Shown: piece by piece, positions 1 to 9,401 of the stretch
How positions within the stretch are numbered: the first letter of the stretch is position 1
Layout of the letters: every line of letters begins with the position of its first letter
Source of the DNA: Bdellovibrionales bacterium
GTDB lineage: Bacteria; Bdellovibrionota; Bdellovibrionia; Bdellovibrionales; Bdellovibrionaceae
Direction of reading: 5' to 3'
Length of the DNA: 64,000 nt
Assembly: GCA_031370005.1 (NCBI GenBank)
Contig: JANMPT010000021.1
Location: 101,043 to 165,042, forward strand
Notes under the pieces: model-generated
The model's input: the letters and a program-made list of their open reading frames with translations, nothing else
Database searches by the model: none
What the model was told of the DNA's origin: nothing
Position numbers and translations under genes: made by a program

Positions 1-453
1 AATACAGCGATTCCTTATTTCGCCAAAGTTATAGACATGAACATTGGTTCGTCAGAAATCACAACTTTCGCTGCGGTCAAAGCCTTCACCGAAAAGGACT
101 ATATTACCTCAACGGAGAATTTCTCGCACCTGCCAAAAGATCAGGTATATAATTACAATATGGGACCTTTGTATAGTGAGGCTTGGGCATTACAAGGAGA
201 AGCAGAAAAAGGGCTTCAGTTAATTACAGAATTATCCGCTAAGAAAAGAGACAATGTGGATATCATGTTGCAACAAGCCCACTTGATTGAGGTCTATAAA
301 CCCTCAGACGTCAAAACGGCTCAGCAAGTCTATGAACGAATTGCTAAGATTACGACGAAAGTAGACTTGAAGGACTGGATTAGTAAGAAGTTAACTCTAC
401 TTAAAGGGCAAGTACCAACTCAGGGAAAGGTGACCGCTTTAGAGAGTAACTAG
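1..453 (+). CDS. TPR-like protein, 5'-truncated; probable GltE/AglT-like gliding motility protein
   Basis: Frame is open from base 1 to TAG at 451-453. Helical TPR-like pattern. Lies directly upstream of gltF/gltG-like genes, matching the myxobacterial gltD-E-F-G order (positional inference). Confidence 0.5.
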   Translation, partial: NTAIPYFAKVIDMNIGSSEITTFAAVKAFTEKDYITSTENFSHLPKDQVYNYNMGPLYSEAWALQGEAEKGLQLITELSAKKRDNVDIMLQQAHLIEVYKPSDVKTAQQVYERIAKITTKVDLKDWISKKLTLLKGQVPTQGKVTALESN

Positions 454-535
454 AAATTAGTTTGAATATTTTAATTTGTATTGAACCAAATAAAGTCGCT
501 CTGCTGTAATTCCGAAGACTTGTGTGGAGGAGCAA

Positions 536-778
536 TTGAAAACATTAATCGTAGGATTAATTGTTGTCTTGGGATTTGTTACTAGTGCAGAGGCAAAGTC
601 AAAAATTACTCGCAAAGTCCAAGAGGTTAATTTTGGTGAAATGAACCTCAAAGGTACGATTCGAAATCCCGACGGAGCCTATCTTGTGCAAAAAAAAGGT
701 ATTAAGTTTTTACCTTTGTATGACATTCAAAAAGATATGGACGGCCGCATTCGTGAATCTAGCCTTTATTTAAGATAG
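536..778 (+). CDS. Small secreted GltF/CglF-like gliding motility protein
   Basis: GGAGG RBS at 526-530 then TTG at 536. Signal peptide MKTLIVGLIVVLGFVTSAEA. Core VNFGEMNLKGTIRNPDGAYL resembles the CglF family. Located just before a gltG-like gene. Confidence 0.65.
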   Translation: MKTLIVGLIVVLGFVTSAEAKSKITRKVQEVNFGEMNLKGTIRNPDGAYLVQKKGIKFLPLYDIQKDMDGRIRESSLYLR

Positions 779-815
779 TAAGAGATTACTTGAGATATGA
801 CTTTACGGGGTACGT

Positions 816-2279
816 ATGAACAACGCTTTAATTGTAAAACAACGTCTGAAAAATGGAACTACCAAGACTTGGAAGCTTCGTTCTACTCAGTCTATTTACA
901 CCTTTGGTGGTTCTAGACTCGCCGACGTAATCTCTATCTCCCCTACTTCTCAAGGTATGCATGGGACTTTTGAATGTCACGATGGCAAGTGGTGCTATAT
1001 TGACATGAACATGAATAACATCATGTTCGGTCAAGATTGCCGTATTCCTCTAGAAACTGAAAAAACACTTGAGATAGACGACTCAACTTTATACATAACC
1101 CCTGTACACAAAGAGGCTGATCTTTACCAAAGGCTCGAAAAGAATTCTCATGAAAACAACGGTCATAAAAAACCGTATCAACTCTTTCTTGTTAAGCTCC
1201 ATGATAAAGTGATTGAAACTCGCGTCTTGCCAATGGGCCAAAGTTTTATTCCAGAAATGGCTATCACAAAAAAAGTTATTCCAGCAAAAGACTCTAGCTC
1301 TTGGATTCAATACACTTTAGATCAATATCTTGTTCGCCAAAAAACAGTGTATCTTACATCTGAAGAAGCAATGACTCGCCTTACGGCAAGCCAGTTTGTC
1401 GATAAAGATACTAAAAAAGGTCTTTTAATTCTACTTATGGCCGCATTTATGATTGGCGGCCTCTCTTTGATGGCTCCAAAACAAGAACAAGTTGCTAATG
1501 TTGTTATTCCTCCACCAGCGCAAAAAGTAATTGTTAAACTCGATCATACAAAAAAAATCAAAGTCGCTGAAGCTGTTAAACCAGCCCCGTCCCAACTACC
1601 TCCACAAGCCCATAAAGAAATACAAAAAACAGTTAGTGGACCTGTTGGCTCTAGCAAAGTCGCAAATATGTTAAAAGCTGTTGCAGACCCACGGATTTCG
1701 CGTCTAATCGGAAAAGTTTCTGCACAAGCTGCCAAAAGTGGCAATGTAATCATCTCTAATGGCATTAAAGCCGGCTCAGGTGCCAGCGGTCGTTCACTTG
1801 CAGCAGTTGGTAACATAGATCGTTCTGGTCGTGATTATGGAACAGACTCCACAGCTCAAGGCGTAATGATTTCAACAGCTGGACGAGGCGGTGGTAAAAA
1901 CACGTCTGGCATAGGTGGCCTTGGTGCGGGTAACACTGGTAATGGTGGAGTGGGCTTGATCGAAGAAGAAAGTGAAGTTGTTGGTGGTTTAGATCGTGAA
2001 GTGATCGCTCAATATATCAAATCACAACTTGGTCAAATTTTATATTGCTATGAAAGACAACTCAGCGCCAATCCAGATCTCTTTGGTAAGGTCGCCGTCA
2101 AGTTTACGATTGCTGGGACCGGACAGGTTGAGACCCAAACTATTGGGGATACAACACTTAAAAATGCGACCGTTGAGGGATGCATTTTGAATAAAGTTGC
2201 AAAATGGAAGTTCCCAGCCCCGGCAGGAGGAACAAAAGTGCTCGTCACTTATCCATTCTTATTTAAGAGCACAAACTAA
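816..2279 (+). CDS. GltG/PglI-like protein (FHA-like N-terminus, one TM, Gly-rich linker, TonB-C/AgmX-type C-terminal domain)
   Basis: C-terminus IAQYIKSQLGQILYCYERQL..GKVAVKFTI..VEGCILNKVAKWKFPAP..VTYPF is typical of the AgmX/PglI TonB_C domain. TM segment GLLILLMAAFMIGGLSLM. Confidence 0.85.
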   Translation: MNNALIVKQRLKNGTTKTWKLRSTQSIYTFGGSRLADVISISPTSQGMHGTFECHDGKWCYIDMNMNNIMFGQDCRIPLETEKTLEIDDSTLYITPVHKEADLYQRLEKNSHENNGHKKPYQLFLVKLHDKVIETRVLPMGQSFIPEMAITKKVIPAKDSSSWIQYTLDQYLVRQKTVYLTSEEAMTRLTASQFVDKDTKKGLLILLMAAFMIGGLSLMAPKQEQVANVVIPPPAQKVIVKLDHTKKIKVAEAVKPAPSQLPPQAHKEIQKTVSGPVGSSKVANMLKAVADPRISRLIGKVSAQAAKSGNVIISNGIKAGSGASGRSLAAVGNIDRSGRDYGTDSTAQGVMISTAGRGGGKNTSGIGGLGAGNTGNGGVGLIEEESEVVGGLDREVIAQYIKSQLGQILYCYERQLSANPDLFGKVAVKFTIAGTGQVETQTIGDTTLKNATVEGCILNKVAKWKFPAPAGGTKVLVTYPFLFKSTN

Positions 2280-2297
2280 TACGGAGGCACAGAAATA

Positions 2298-3047
2298 ATG
2301 AAAACTCTCATACTCACGTTGATGCTTTTAGGGAGTTCCTTTGCACACGCACAAACACCCCCGCCGGCCACCGGTGGAAACGATAAGCTTGACATTAAAA
2401 AATTAGAACAAAAATATTGGTCCGCAAAAGACGATGATTTTGCTGTCGTTCAAAATAGACGCTATACAAAGGCAAAAAGATTTTTCTTAAGCGGTAATTT
2501 TGGAGTTCCATTCAATGATCCTTTTAGTTCTGGAAATATTTTTGGCGTAACTTTTGGTTACTTCTTCAATGAACGCTGGGGTTTTGATATAGACTATAAA
2601 ACCGCAAACCTACACGACAACGATGCGACATCCCAGTTCATCAACCAGTATGGAACATATCCAGACCATAATATTTTTAAGTCATCACAAATCATATCTG
2701 TAACTCTGGTCCCATTTTACGCAAAAATGAGTTTCATGGACACTTCTATTATCTATTTCGATATGGGCCTCTCTGTCGGCGCTGGAACTTTGGGATATTC
2801 CATTCAAAGAGGCGATGGCAACCAGGAAGAAACAACAGCAGTTGCAAAGCTGTCCGTATTTCAACAAATTTTCTTTTCTGAGCACTTTGCATTACGAGCT
2901 GATCTTTCCAATACCTGGTCAAATCAAAAGCGTATGAAATACTATCTTCCAGGAGATTCGTCACATGGATACACTGGGGTTCGAGATTTAGGAACAAAAA
3001 TGATCAATGATACATCACTGTTATTGGGTGTTACTTATTGGTTCTAA
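2298..3047 (+). CDS. Outer-membrane beta-barrel protein (GltA/GltB/GltH-like)
   Basis: Signal peptide, VVQNRRYTKAKRF motif, amphipathic strands, C-terminal Phe (GVTYWF), glt context. Confidence 0.8.
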   Translation: MKTLILTLMLLGSSFAHAQTPPPATGGNDKLDIKKLEQKYWSAKDDDFAVVQNRRYTKAKRFFLSGNFGVPFNDPFSSGNIFGVTFGYFFNERWGFDIDYKTANLHDNDATSQFINQYGTYPDHNIFKSSQIISVTLVPFYAKMSFMDTSIIYFDMGLSVGAGTLGYSIQRGDGNQEETTAVAKLSVFQQIFFSEHFALRADLSNTWSNQKRMKYYLPGDSSHGYTGVRDLGTKMINDTSLLLGVTYWF

Positions 3048-3078
3048 GTATTGATTCTAAGTAATATTAGGGAGACGT

Positions 3079-5154
3079 ATGAAAAAAAATAAAATGGTAC
3101 TTGCTTCACTTATTGTAAGTGTGTCTGCAGGGACTGCGCACGCACAAAAAGCAAAAACCTATATGAAAAGCAGTAACGTCCCTGCGTACAAGTTTGTTCA
3201 AAACAAAAAGAAAGTCACGGAAATTCCTCGTCTTAATATTGACTCTGAAAAAGAAGTTCAGGCTAATATTAAAGCTTTGCAAATAACAGAGGCCGGAAAA
3301 CTGAATTTAAACCCGATCGCAAAAAAGCAGTCTCCTCCTGTGTTGCAAGTCTCCATGGATTTAATGAAGCCTCTTCCTATTGCTGGTGTTAAATCAGTAA
3401 CAAGCAATAATGCTATCCAAAACATTCCTGATTTGAAAACCATCGACGAAGCTACTGAGCCTAACTTAGAAGTGGTAGAGACAAAGTCGCAACTCATTCC
3501 CCTTGAAAAAATGAAGCCGAATGACTATAAAATGCTTCAGGCTCTAATTTTTTTGGAATACCAAAAAAATTATGAATTGGCGCTTGGACTCTTCTCTGAA
3601 TTAATGGAAGACCCTGAGTACCGTACAGAGGCTTGGTATAACTATGCTCTGACAGCAAAAGGCCTTGGTATTAACTCTGAATTCCGAATGGGTATGATTA
3701 ATGTAACGACTGAAACAAAAAGCAAAGAATGGCAGGAAAAAGCAGTTCGTCAGCTGGTTGATAATATTAATATCTTAAAAGTATCTGATATTAAATATAT
3801 AGACCCTCTGATTACAAAGTATGAAATCGATACGACTCAAAACGAAGCCTATCAAATGTACCGAGCAAAATACTATTTGGAAGCTGGCCAACTGGATCAG
3901 GTTGAAGATGCCTTGCTTTTCATTAGTGAAAAATCAATCAACTATCCTGAAGCTACTATGATCAATGCACTTTCCTTGTACCGCCAAGGCAAAGTTGATG
4001 ATGCGATCATTACTTTAAACAAACTAATGGAGCTAACGGACGGAGATAAAAAAGGAAGCATTCATAACGTTGGGGCTTTAACTCTTGGTCGAATGTATTT
4101 TCAAAAAGGTGCCTATAAAGATTCTTTTCAAGCATATTTGAAGGTTGAAAAATCAAATCCTATGTGGTTACAGGCAATGACAGAACAGGCCTGGACACAA
4201 ATTATGGCTGAAGACTATGAAGGTGCCGCAGGAAATATGTTTTCACTTCATACAGATTTCTTTAAAAATGCATTTGCACCTGAATCCTACACTGTGCGCA
4301 CCGTGGGTTACCTGAACCTCTGCCAATATGGTGATGGTATTCAGGTTTTAAGTGAGATGAAAAAGAAGTTTGCACCATTAAAAGGGCGACTTGCTAGCTA
4401 TCAAGAGGCTAATGACAAAAACCCAATTCACTATTATGAAACAATTAAAGCCTGGATGAAAAATGTCGATCGCAAAGAAGTCGATGGATTGCCTCGTCCC
4501 TTTATAGTAGAAATGGCCCGCCACCCATCTTTTACAGTCCCTCAAACAGAAATAAATACTACTGAAGACGAAATTACACGTTTTAACAGGGTCACTTTAA
4601 CCTTGCTACAGCGAGAAAAAGCAGTAATGAAAAAAGCCAGCGAAGCTGGTAAAGAAATCAGTGAAATCCGAAAAAAACTTATCGACGACAAAAAATCGTC
4701 CTTACTTCAAGAGAGCTTAGCTAAAGCAGAGAAGCGCAAAATGAGTTTTAAAATTCAACAGTTTATTGCTCAAAAAGCACGTACATCTATCAAAAAACTT
4801 CGCGAAATGGGTGTCGCACGTATGGAGAAAGAAAAGAACGAGCTTCGTGAACAGGCAGGCACAGCCTTGAAAAACCGCATGACTCAACTTGCCGGCAACT
4901 TAAATCGTGTCCTTGAGCAAAATGAAGTCCTTGCTTATGAATTGTACTCCGGAGCTGGTGAACACATCCGTTACCAAATGGCCGGTGGTAATATCACTGA
5001 AAAAGAACGCCCGGAATTAAAGGTAGAAGCAGGAAAAAGCTTGAACTGGAAATTCCAAGGTGAAATCTGGGAGGATGAAGTAGGCCACTACCGATCATCA
5101 CTGAAAAATGTTTGTCCGCAAGAGGACAAGATTACTAGCTTAGATAATAATTAA
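3079..5154 (+). CDS. TPR protein, GltC-like
   Basis: Signal peptide and multiple TPRs. C-terminal WKFQGEIWEDEVGHYR resembles the GltC W-x-F-x-G-E-x-W-x-D-E motif. Confidence 0.75.
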   Translation: MKKNKMVLASLIVSVSAGTAHAQKAKTYMKSSNVPAYKFVQNKKKVTEIPRLNIDSEKEVQANIKALQITEAGKLNLNPIAKKQSPPVLQVSMDLMKPLPIAGVKSVTSNNAIQNIPDLKTIDEATEPNLEVVETKSQLIPLEKMKPNDYKMLQALIFLEYQKNYELALGLFSELMEDPEYRTEAWYNYALTAKGLGINSEFRMGMINVTTETKSKEWQEKAVRQLVDNINILKVSDIKYIDPLITKYEIDTTQNEAYQMYRAKYYLEAGQLDQVEDALLFISEKSINYPEATMINALSLYRQGKVDDAIITLNKLMELTDGDKKGSIHNVGALTLGRMYFQKGAYKDSFQAYLKVEKSNPMWLQAMTEQAWTQIMAEDYEGAAGNMFSLHTDFFKNAFAPESYTVRTVGYLNLCQYGDGIQVLSEMKKKFAPLKGRLASYQEANDKNPIHYYETIKAWMKNVDRKEVDGLPRPFIVEMARHPSFTVPQTEINTTEDEITRFNRVTLTLLQREKAVMKKASEAGKEISEIRKKLIDDKKSSLLQESLAKAEKRKMSFKIQQFIAQKARTSIKKLREMGVARMEKEKNELREQAGTALKNRMTQLAGNLNRVLEQNEVLAYELYSGAGEHIRYQMAGGNITEKERPELKVEAGKSLNWKFQGEIWEDEVGHYRSSLKNVCPQEDKITSLDNN

Positions 5155-5170
5155 TTATAAGGAGACGACC

Positions 5171-5839
5171 ATGAAGAACGTACAGAACTCTAAAAAAATG
5201 CTCGCGAGCTTCCTCATTGGTAGCTCTTTTCTAATTAGCTCAGTCGTGTTTGCTGAAACGACAGCAAAAGCAGGACTTGAGAAAATTAAAAATAATGTCA
5301 CCAACTCTAAAGCAAACCTGGGTGAATACCAAAAAAATCTTAAAACTGTAGTCAAAAATATCGGCGAAATTCAAAAAGCAAAATCACAGGTAGATGATCA
5401 GAGAAAAACTGTATTATCGCAATATGAAGAAAATAAAAAATCCATAACCAAGGTCGATTCTCAAGAGAAAGAGCTCCGCGCTTTGATGGCAGAAGAAAAA
5501 AATAAAAAAGCACTTGAAGAAAAGAAACTTCAAGAACTTCAGGCAGTAATGAGCAAGCTCCAAGACAACATCACAAAACGAGATGCAAATCTAACAGACT
5601 ACGAAACACAAATGAGTTCAATTCAAGAAGAAAAAAAAATATGGACTTCCCGAGGCGAACAAATCAGACAACAAGGTGCTCTTGTTGACCAACGCAATCG
5701 CTCTTTAGCAGGCTCTGAGAACGATTGGAAAAACAAGAAAAAAGGTTATGAGGCCGAGGTTGGTCGTTGGTTCAAAGAAGTTGACCGCCAGCAGAAACTT
5801 CAAGACAATTATACTTCACTAACAGAAGTGAGAGACTAA
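5171..5839 (+). CDS. Secreted coiled-coil protein
   Basis: GGAG RBS, signal peptide ending VFA, heptad-rich body. Confidence 0.75.
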   Translation: MKNVQNSKKMLASFLIGSSFLISSVVFAETTAKAGLEKIKNNVTNSKANLGEYQKNLKTVVKNIGEIQKAKSQVDDQRKTVLSQYEENKKSITKVDSQEKELRALMAEEKNKKALEEKKLQELQAVMSKLQDNITKRDANLTDYETQMSSIQEEKKIWTSRGEQIRQQGALVDQRNRSLAGSENDWKNKKKGYEAEVGRWFKEVDRQQKLQDNYTSLTEVRD

Positions 5840-5862
5840 TTCCAAGATCTAATTCAATTGGT

Positions 5863-5890
5863 AAAGAGCTCTCCTTCAGGGAGCTCTTTT
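5863..5890 (+). terminator. Intrinsic terminator-like hairpin ending the glt operon
   Basis: AAAGAGCTCTC-CTTCA-GGGAGCTCTTT(T): 11-bp stem with one GU pair, ending in a T run. Confidence 0.6.
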
Positions 5891-6391
5891 ATGTCTAAAG
5901 CACCGTTAAGCCTTTTTAAGACAAATTTATTTTTAAAAGCCTATGGTTTTTTTAAAATCCCCCTTCTTGCATATGTTAACCCAAAGTGCGTGGAGCTCTC
6001 CCCGACTCGCAGTGTGATTAAAATTAAGCTTAAACGCCGCAGTCAGAATCATCTCAAGGTCATGTACTTTGGGGCCCTGGGCATAGGAGCTGAACTCTCC
6101 ATTGCAATAACTGCGGTGGCTTCTATTTATGAAAGTGGCCAAAAAATTGATTTTATTTTTAAGGATTTTAAAGCAAATTTCTTAAAACGCTGTGATGGCG
6201 ATGTGTATTTTATTTGCGATGAGTCCGATAAAGTGCGCGCGCTCATTGAAAAATCAAAAACTACGAGCGAAAGACTTGAGGGCAGTTTTAAGGCCTATTC
6301 TACGGTGCCTTCCAAAAGCAAAACCGACAAAGTGGCCACCTACGAGCTGACCCTTTCTGTGAAAAATCGCTCTAAGGCAGTGACAGCTTAG
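5891..6391 (+). CDS. Hotdog-fold thioesterase-like protein (DUF4442/PaaI-like)
   Basis: NHLKVMYFGA motif and FKANFLKR strand. ATG at 5891 preferred over the track's TTG at 5858. Confidence 0.8.
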   Translation: MSKAPLSLFKTNLFLKAYGFFKIPLLAYVNPKCVELSPTRSVIKIKLKRRSQNHLKVMYFGALGIGAELSIAITAVASIYESGQKIDFIFKDFKANFLKRCDGDVYFICDESDKVRALIEKSKTTSERLEGSFKAYSTVPSKSKTDKVATYELTLSVKNRSKAVTA

Positions 6392-7367
6392 CTGCCTGAT
6401 ATTCAAAGATCAATTTGTGGTAAATTTCAGCTACTGATATAATATCATCAACCAATCCCACGGATTGCCCCGCGCTCCATACCGTCTTCCATGAAGGATT
6501 AGTTGCAGATTCTTCAAGAGCTCTCATTCCCATCAAGTGAATCAATGGCACTATATACTTCTTAGTCATGAGATTATTCTTAAGAATTTTAAGTAGCCAA
6601 GGAAGATCTGTACCCAACTTCTTAATATATTCTGTATTAATAACTGCAGCTGGAGTTCCTGATACCCTTGTTGTCATAACGATATCCTCAGGGGTGGCCT
6701 GAAGCACGGCCTTCTTATAAGCCATATCCACACTTGCTTCTTGTGAGGCAATAAAACGCGTCCCTACGCTGACTCCAGAAGCGCCTAGGGCTAAGCAGGC
6801 CGCAATCTGCCCGCCATGGGATATTCCCCCAGCCGCAACTATGGGAATATGCAATTGGGTTTTTAACCAGGGTATCAGAACCAAAGGAGAAATTGGCCCA
6901 GCATGGCCCCCCGCCCCTGCTCCTACTGCGACCACGCCATCGGCACCGAGGTCTTGAACCTTTTTAGCAAACTCAAGGTTAGTTACATCGCAAATTACTT
7001 TCGCTCCATTTTTATGCGCATCTTGAATGATAGATTTAGGATTTCCTAAAGAGGTAATAAACAACTCAACACCAGCATCCAAGGCAATTTTCAGATCGCC
7101 CACTTGTCGGCTATTACTTTTATTTACGATAATATTAACCCCGATGGGATTTTTTGTACGCTTTTTAATATTTATTAGAGCCTCTTTGTACTTTTCCGGC
7201 GGTCGATAATTCAAGGAAGGAAAGGTCCCGATCCCCCCCGCTTCACTGGCGGCAACAACAAGATCCTCGTTACTTACTAAAAACATTGGAGCCGCAATGA
7301 TGGGATTTTGCGTCCCCATGAGTTTAGAAAAATCTGTCTTAATCAAAAGGGGGTTGCCTTCAGCCAT
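6372..7367 (-). CDS. Nitronate monooxygenase / FabK-like flavin oxidoreductase
   Basis: PIIAAPM, GAGGHAG, AAGGI, GTRF and WSAGQ motifs. GGAGG RBS before ATG at 7367. Confidence 0.9.
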   Translation of the reverse strand: MAEGNPLLIKTDFSKLMGTQNPIIAAPMFLVSNEDLVVAASEAGGIGTFPSLNYRPPEKYKEALINIKKRTKNPIGVNIIVNKSNSRQVGDLKIALDAGVELFITSLGNPKSIIQDAHKNGAKVICDVTNLEFAKKVQDLGADGVVAVGAGAGGHAGPISPLVLIPWLKTQLHIPIVAAGGISHGGQIAACLALGASGVSVGTRFIASQEASVDMAYKKAVLQATPEDIVMTTRVSGTPAAVINTEYIKKLGTDLPWLLKILKNNLMTKKYIVPLIHLMGMRALEESATNPSWKTVWSAGQSVGLVDDIISVAEIYHKLIFEYQAAKLSLP

Positions 7368-7407
7368 AGAGCCTCCATAATAAATTATTCTAAAGGATTT
7401 TCTAAGC

Positions 7408-8208
7408 TTATTGAAGCTTTTTACACTGACGAGCATAACTGCGATCACAGACTAAGGAGTCATCACTTTGGCAGGACTCCGCCGCATCCGTTTGCCACAT
7501 CTCTGCGCTCAGACACTCGTCTGCAACTTTACCAACCTCTGCGGAGTCAATATAGGATTTCAATCGTTGGCCTTCAAAGGACTCTTCGGATAAATCTTCA
7601 GAATTATCTGCATTATTATCTTCAGGAAAATCCTCGCTTTGAACTTGATTCACATTTTGAATTTGAGAATCTATATTTTCCTCGCTTGCTACAGTCTCTG
7701 TGTTACTGAGAAGCCTTTGCATATCAGTAAAAACCTCAGTAAGATCTGATGAGAACTTAGCAAAGTCCACCCCATAGGTCTGCAAACCTTGGGTGTGCCG
7801 CTCTTCAAAAAGCTTCTCTGGATCTTTGCCATATTGAACAAGGTCCATCTCGTCTTTGGTCATTTGCAACACACTATTCACAAGTTCTTTTTTATTTTGA
7901 AAATCAAGAGGGGCTTTTTGAACTTGTTCAAAATAACGAGCTCCATCAAGTAAAATCAGCATTCGTTCGATAGAACCTTTTACTGAAACCCCCTGTTGCT
8001 TATTTGCTTGAATCTCTGGAAGAGCTGATTGGTAAAGATTATAGACTTCACTTTGGCTGAGCTCGTCGGATTGAGCAATTTTACTAAACCAATGAAGACC
8101 GCTGGGAAGGTCTTTTTCTAAAATTTGAAGGGCATATTGAGCCGGCGAGTCGGCTAATGCACCCCAAGAGATCAGCATCACAGTGAAGAAAAAAATCACT
8201 CGCTTCAT
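7408..8208 (-). CDS. Hypothetical secreted protein with acidic linker and Cys-rich C-terminus
   Basis: Signal peptide, D/E-rich middle, four C-terminal Cys. Confidence 0.7.
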   Translation of the reverse strand: MKRVIFFFTVMLISWGALADSPAQYALQILEKDLPSGLHWFSKIAQSDELSQSEVYNLYQSALPEIQANKQQGVSVKGSIERMLILLDGARYFEQVQKAPLDFQNKKELVNSVLQMTKDEMDLVQYGKDPEKLFEERHTQGLQTYGVDFAKFSSDLTEVFTDMQRLLSNTETVASEENIDSQIQNVNQVQSEDFPEDNNADNSEDLSEESFEGQRLKSYIDSAEVGKVADECLSAEMWQTDAAESCQSDDSLVCDRSYARQCKKLQ

Positions 8209-8375
8209 AGGATGTTTTATATCACTAGTTTTTACTCATCGCCCCTACGGAATAGAGTAAATGAAACATCTTCTGATCTGTCAAAATTATTGACGACTAT
8301 TTTCTTCTTTAAAATGGAGCAGAGGCGCTTTCTCATTTTGCCAAGTAAGCCCTTTTTTGTTAAAGTTTCACATAT

Positions 8376-9401
8376 ATGGCTGAAAAACCTCGCTTTTTGA
8401 TCATTCGTTTCTCAAGCTTTGGAGATGTGACTCAAAGCCTTAGTATTCCGTCTGCTATTCAAAAGTCCTATCCGAATGCGGAGATTCACTGGATCACTCG
8501 AAAAGACATGGCCCCATTACTTTATCATCACCCAGCAATTCATCGCGTTTGGGAGTATGATCGCAAAAAAGGTCTAGTTGACCTTTGGTCTTTACTGAAT
8601 GAAATGAGCAAATTTCGCTACACGCATATTTATGATGCACATAATAACTTGCGTTCACATATTGTGTATTGGAAACTTGGCCTCTTTCGTTCCTGTAAGT
8701 TCATTCGAAAATCACAACATCGTTTGAAACGATTTTTGCTTTTTAGACTTCGTGTAAACACCTACGAAATGCCCTTTTCAGGTCAGAGAGACTTACTTGA
8801 GCCCTTGATACCTTGGAGTATCTCAAAAACACTTCCACCTGCCCCTCAACTTTTTATTGATCCAAATGATATGACCAAAGCCGAGGCTCTTCTCGATGAC
8901 TGGAAAGATAAAAGCTATGTGGCAATAGCACCTTCTGCAGCTTATTTCCTAAAACGCTGGCCAGTGAATCATTTTAAACAACTCATACAAAGTCTGCCGG
9001 ATTTAAATTTCGTTTTATTAGGCGGAGCTGAAGATTATTTTATTGAAGAACTTCAAAAAGTTGCACCGCAGAGAATCCTAAATACTGCGGGCAGAGCCAC
9101 TTTAACTGTAAGCTCTGCACTTATAAAAAAATCACGTCTGCTAGTTAGTAATGACACAGGCCTTCTTCATGTTGGCGAGCAACTTGGCAAACCCGTAATT
9201 GCATTGATGGGACCAGCTCCATTTGGCTTCCCCTCCCGTCTAAGCACTAAGATTATGGAGATAAAACTATCCTGTCGGCCGTGCAGTAAGCATGGACAAG
9301 GGCCTTGCGTAAATAAAATCTATCAACAATGCCTCGTCGATATTACACCCGAACAAGTGGCTCGCGAAGTAGGTCACAAACTTGAGGTTATAATTGATTA
9401 A
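8376..9401 (+). CDS. GT9 family LPS heptosyltransferase (WaaC/WaaF-like)
   Basis: LIIRFSSFGD, KRWP, NDTGLLH and CRPC motifs. Confidence 0.92.
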   Translation: MAEKPRFLIIRFSSFGDVTQSLSIPSAIQKSYPNAEIHWITRKDMAPLLYHHPAIHRVWEYDRKKGLVDLWSLLNEMSKFRYTHIYDAHNNLRSHIVYWKLGLFRSCKFIRKSQHRLKRFLLFRLRVNTYEMPFSGQRDLLEPLIPWSISKTLPPAPQLFIDPNDMTKAEALLDDWKDKSYVAIAPSAAYFLKRWPVNHFKQLIQSLPDLNFVLLGGAEDYFIEELQKVAPQRILNTAGRATLTVSSALIKKSRLLVSNDTGLLHVGEQLGKPVIALMGPAPFGFPSRLSTKIMEIKLSCRPCSKHGQGPCVNKIYQQCLVDITPEQVAREVGHKLEVIID

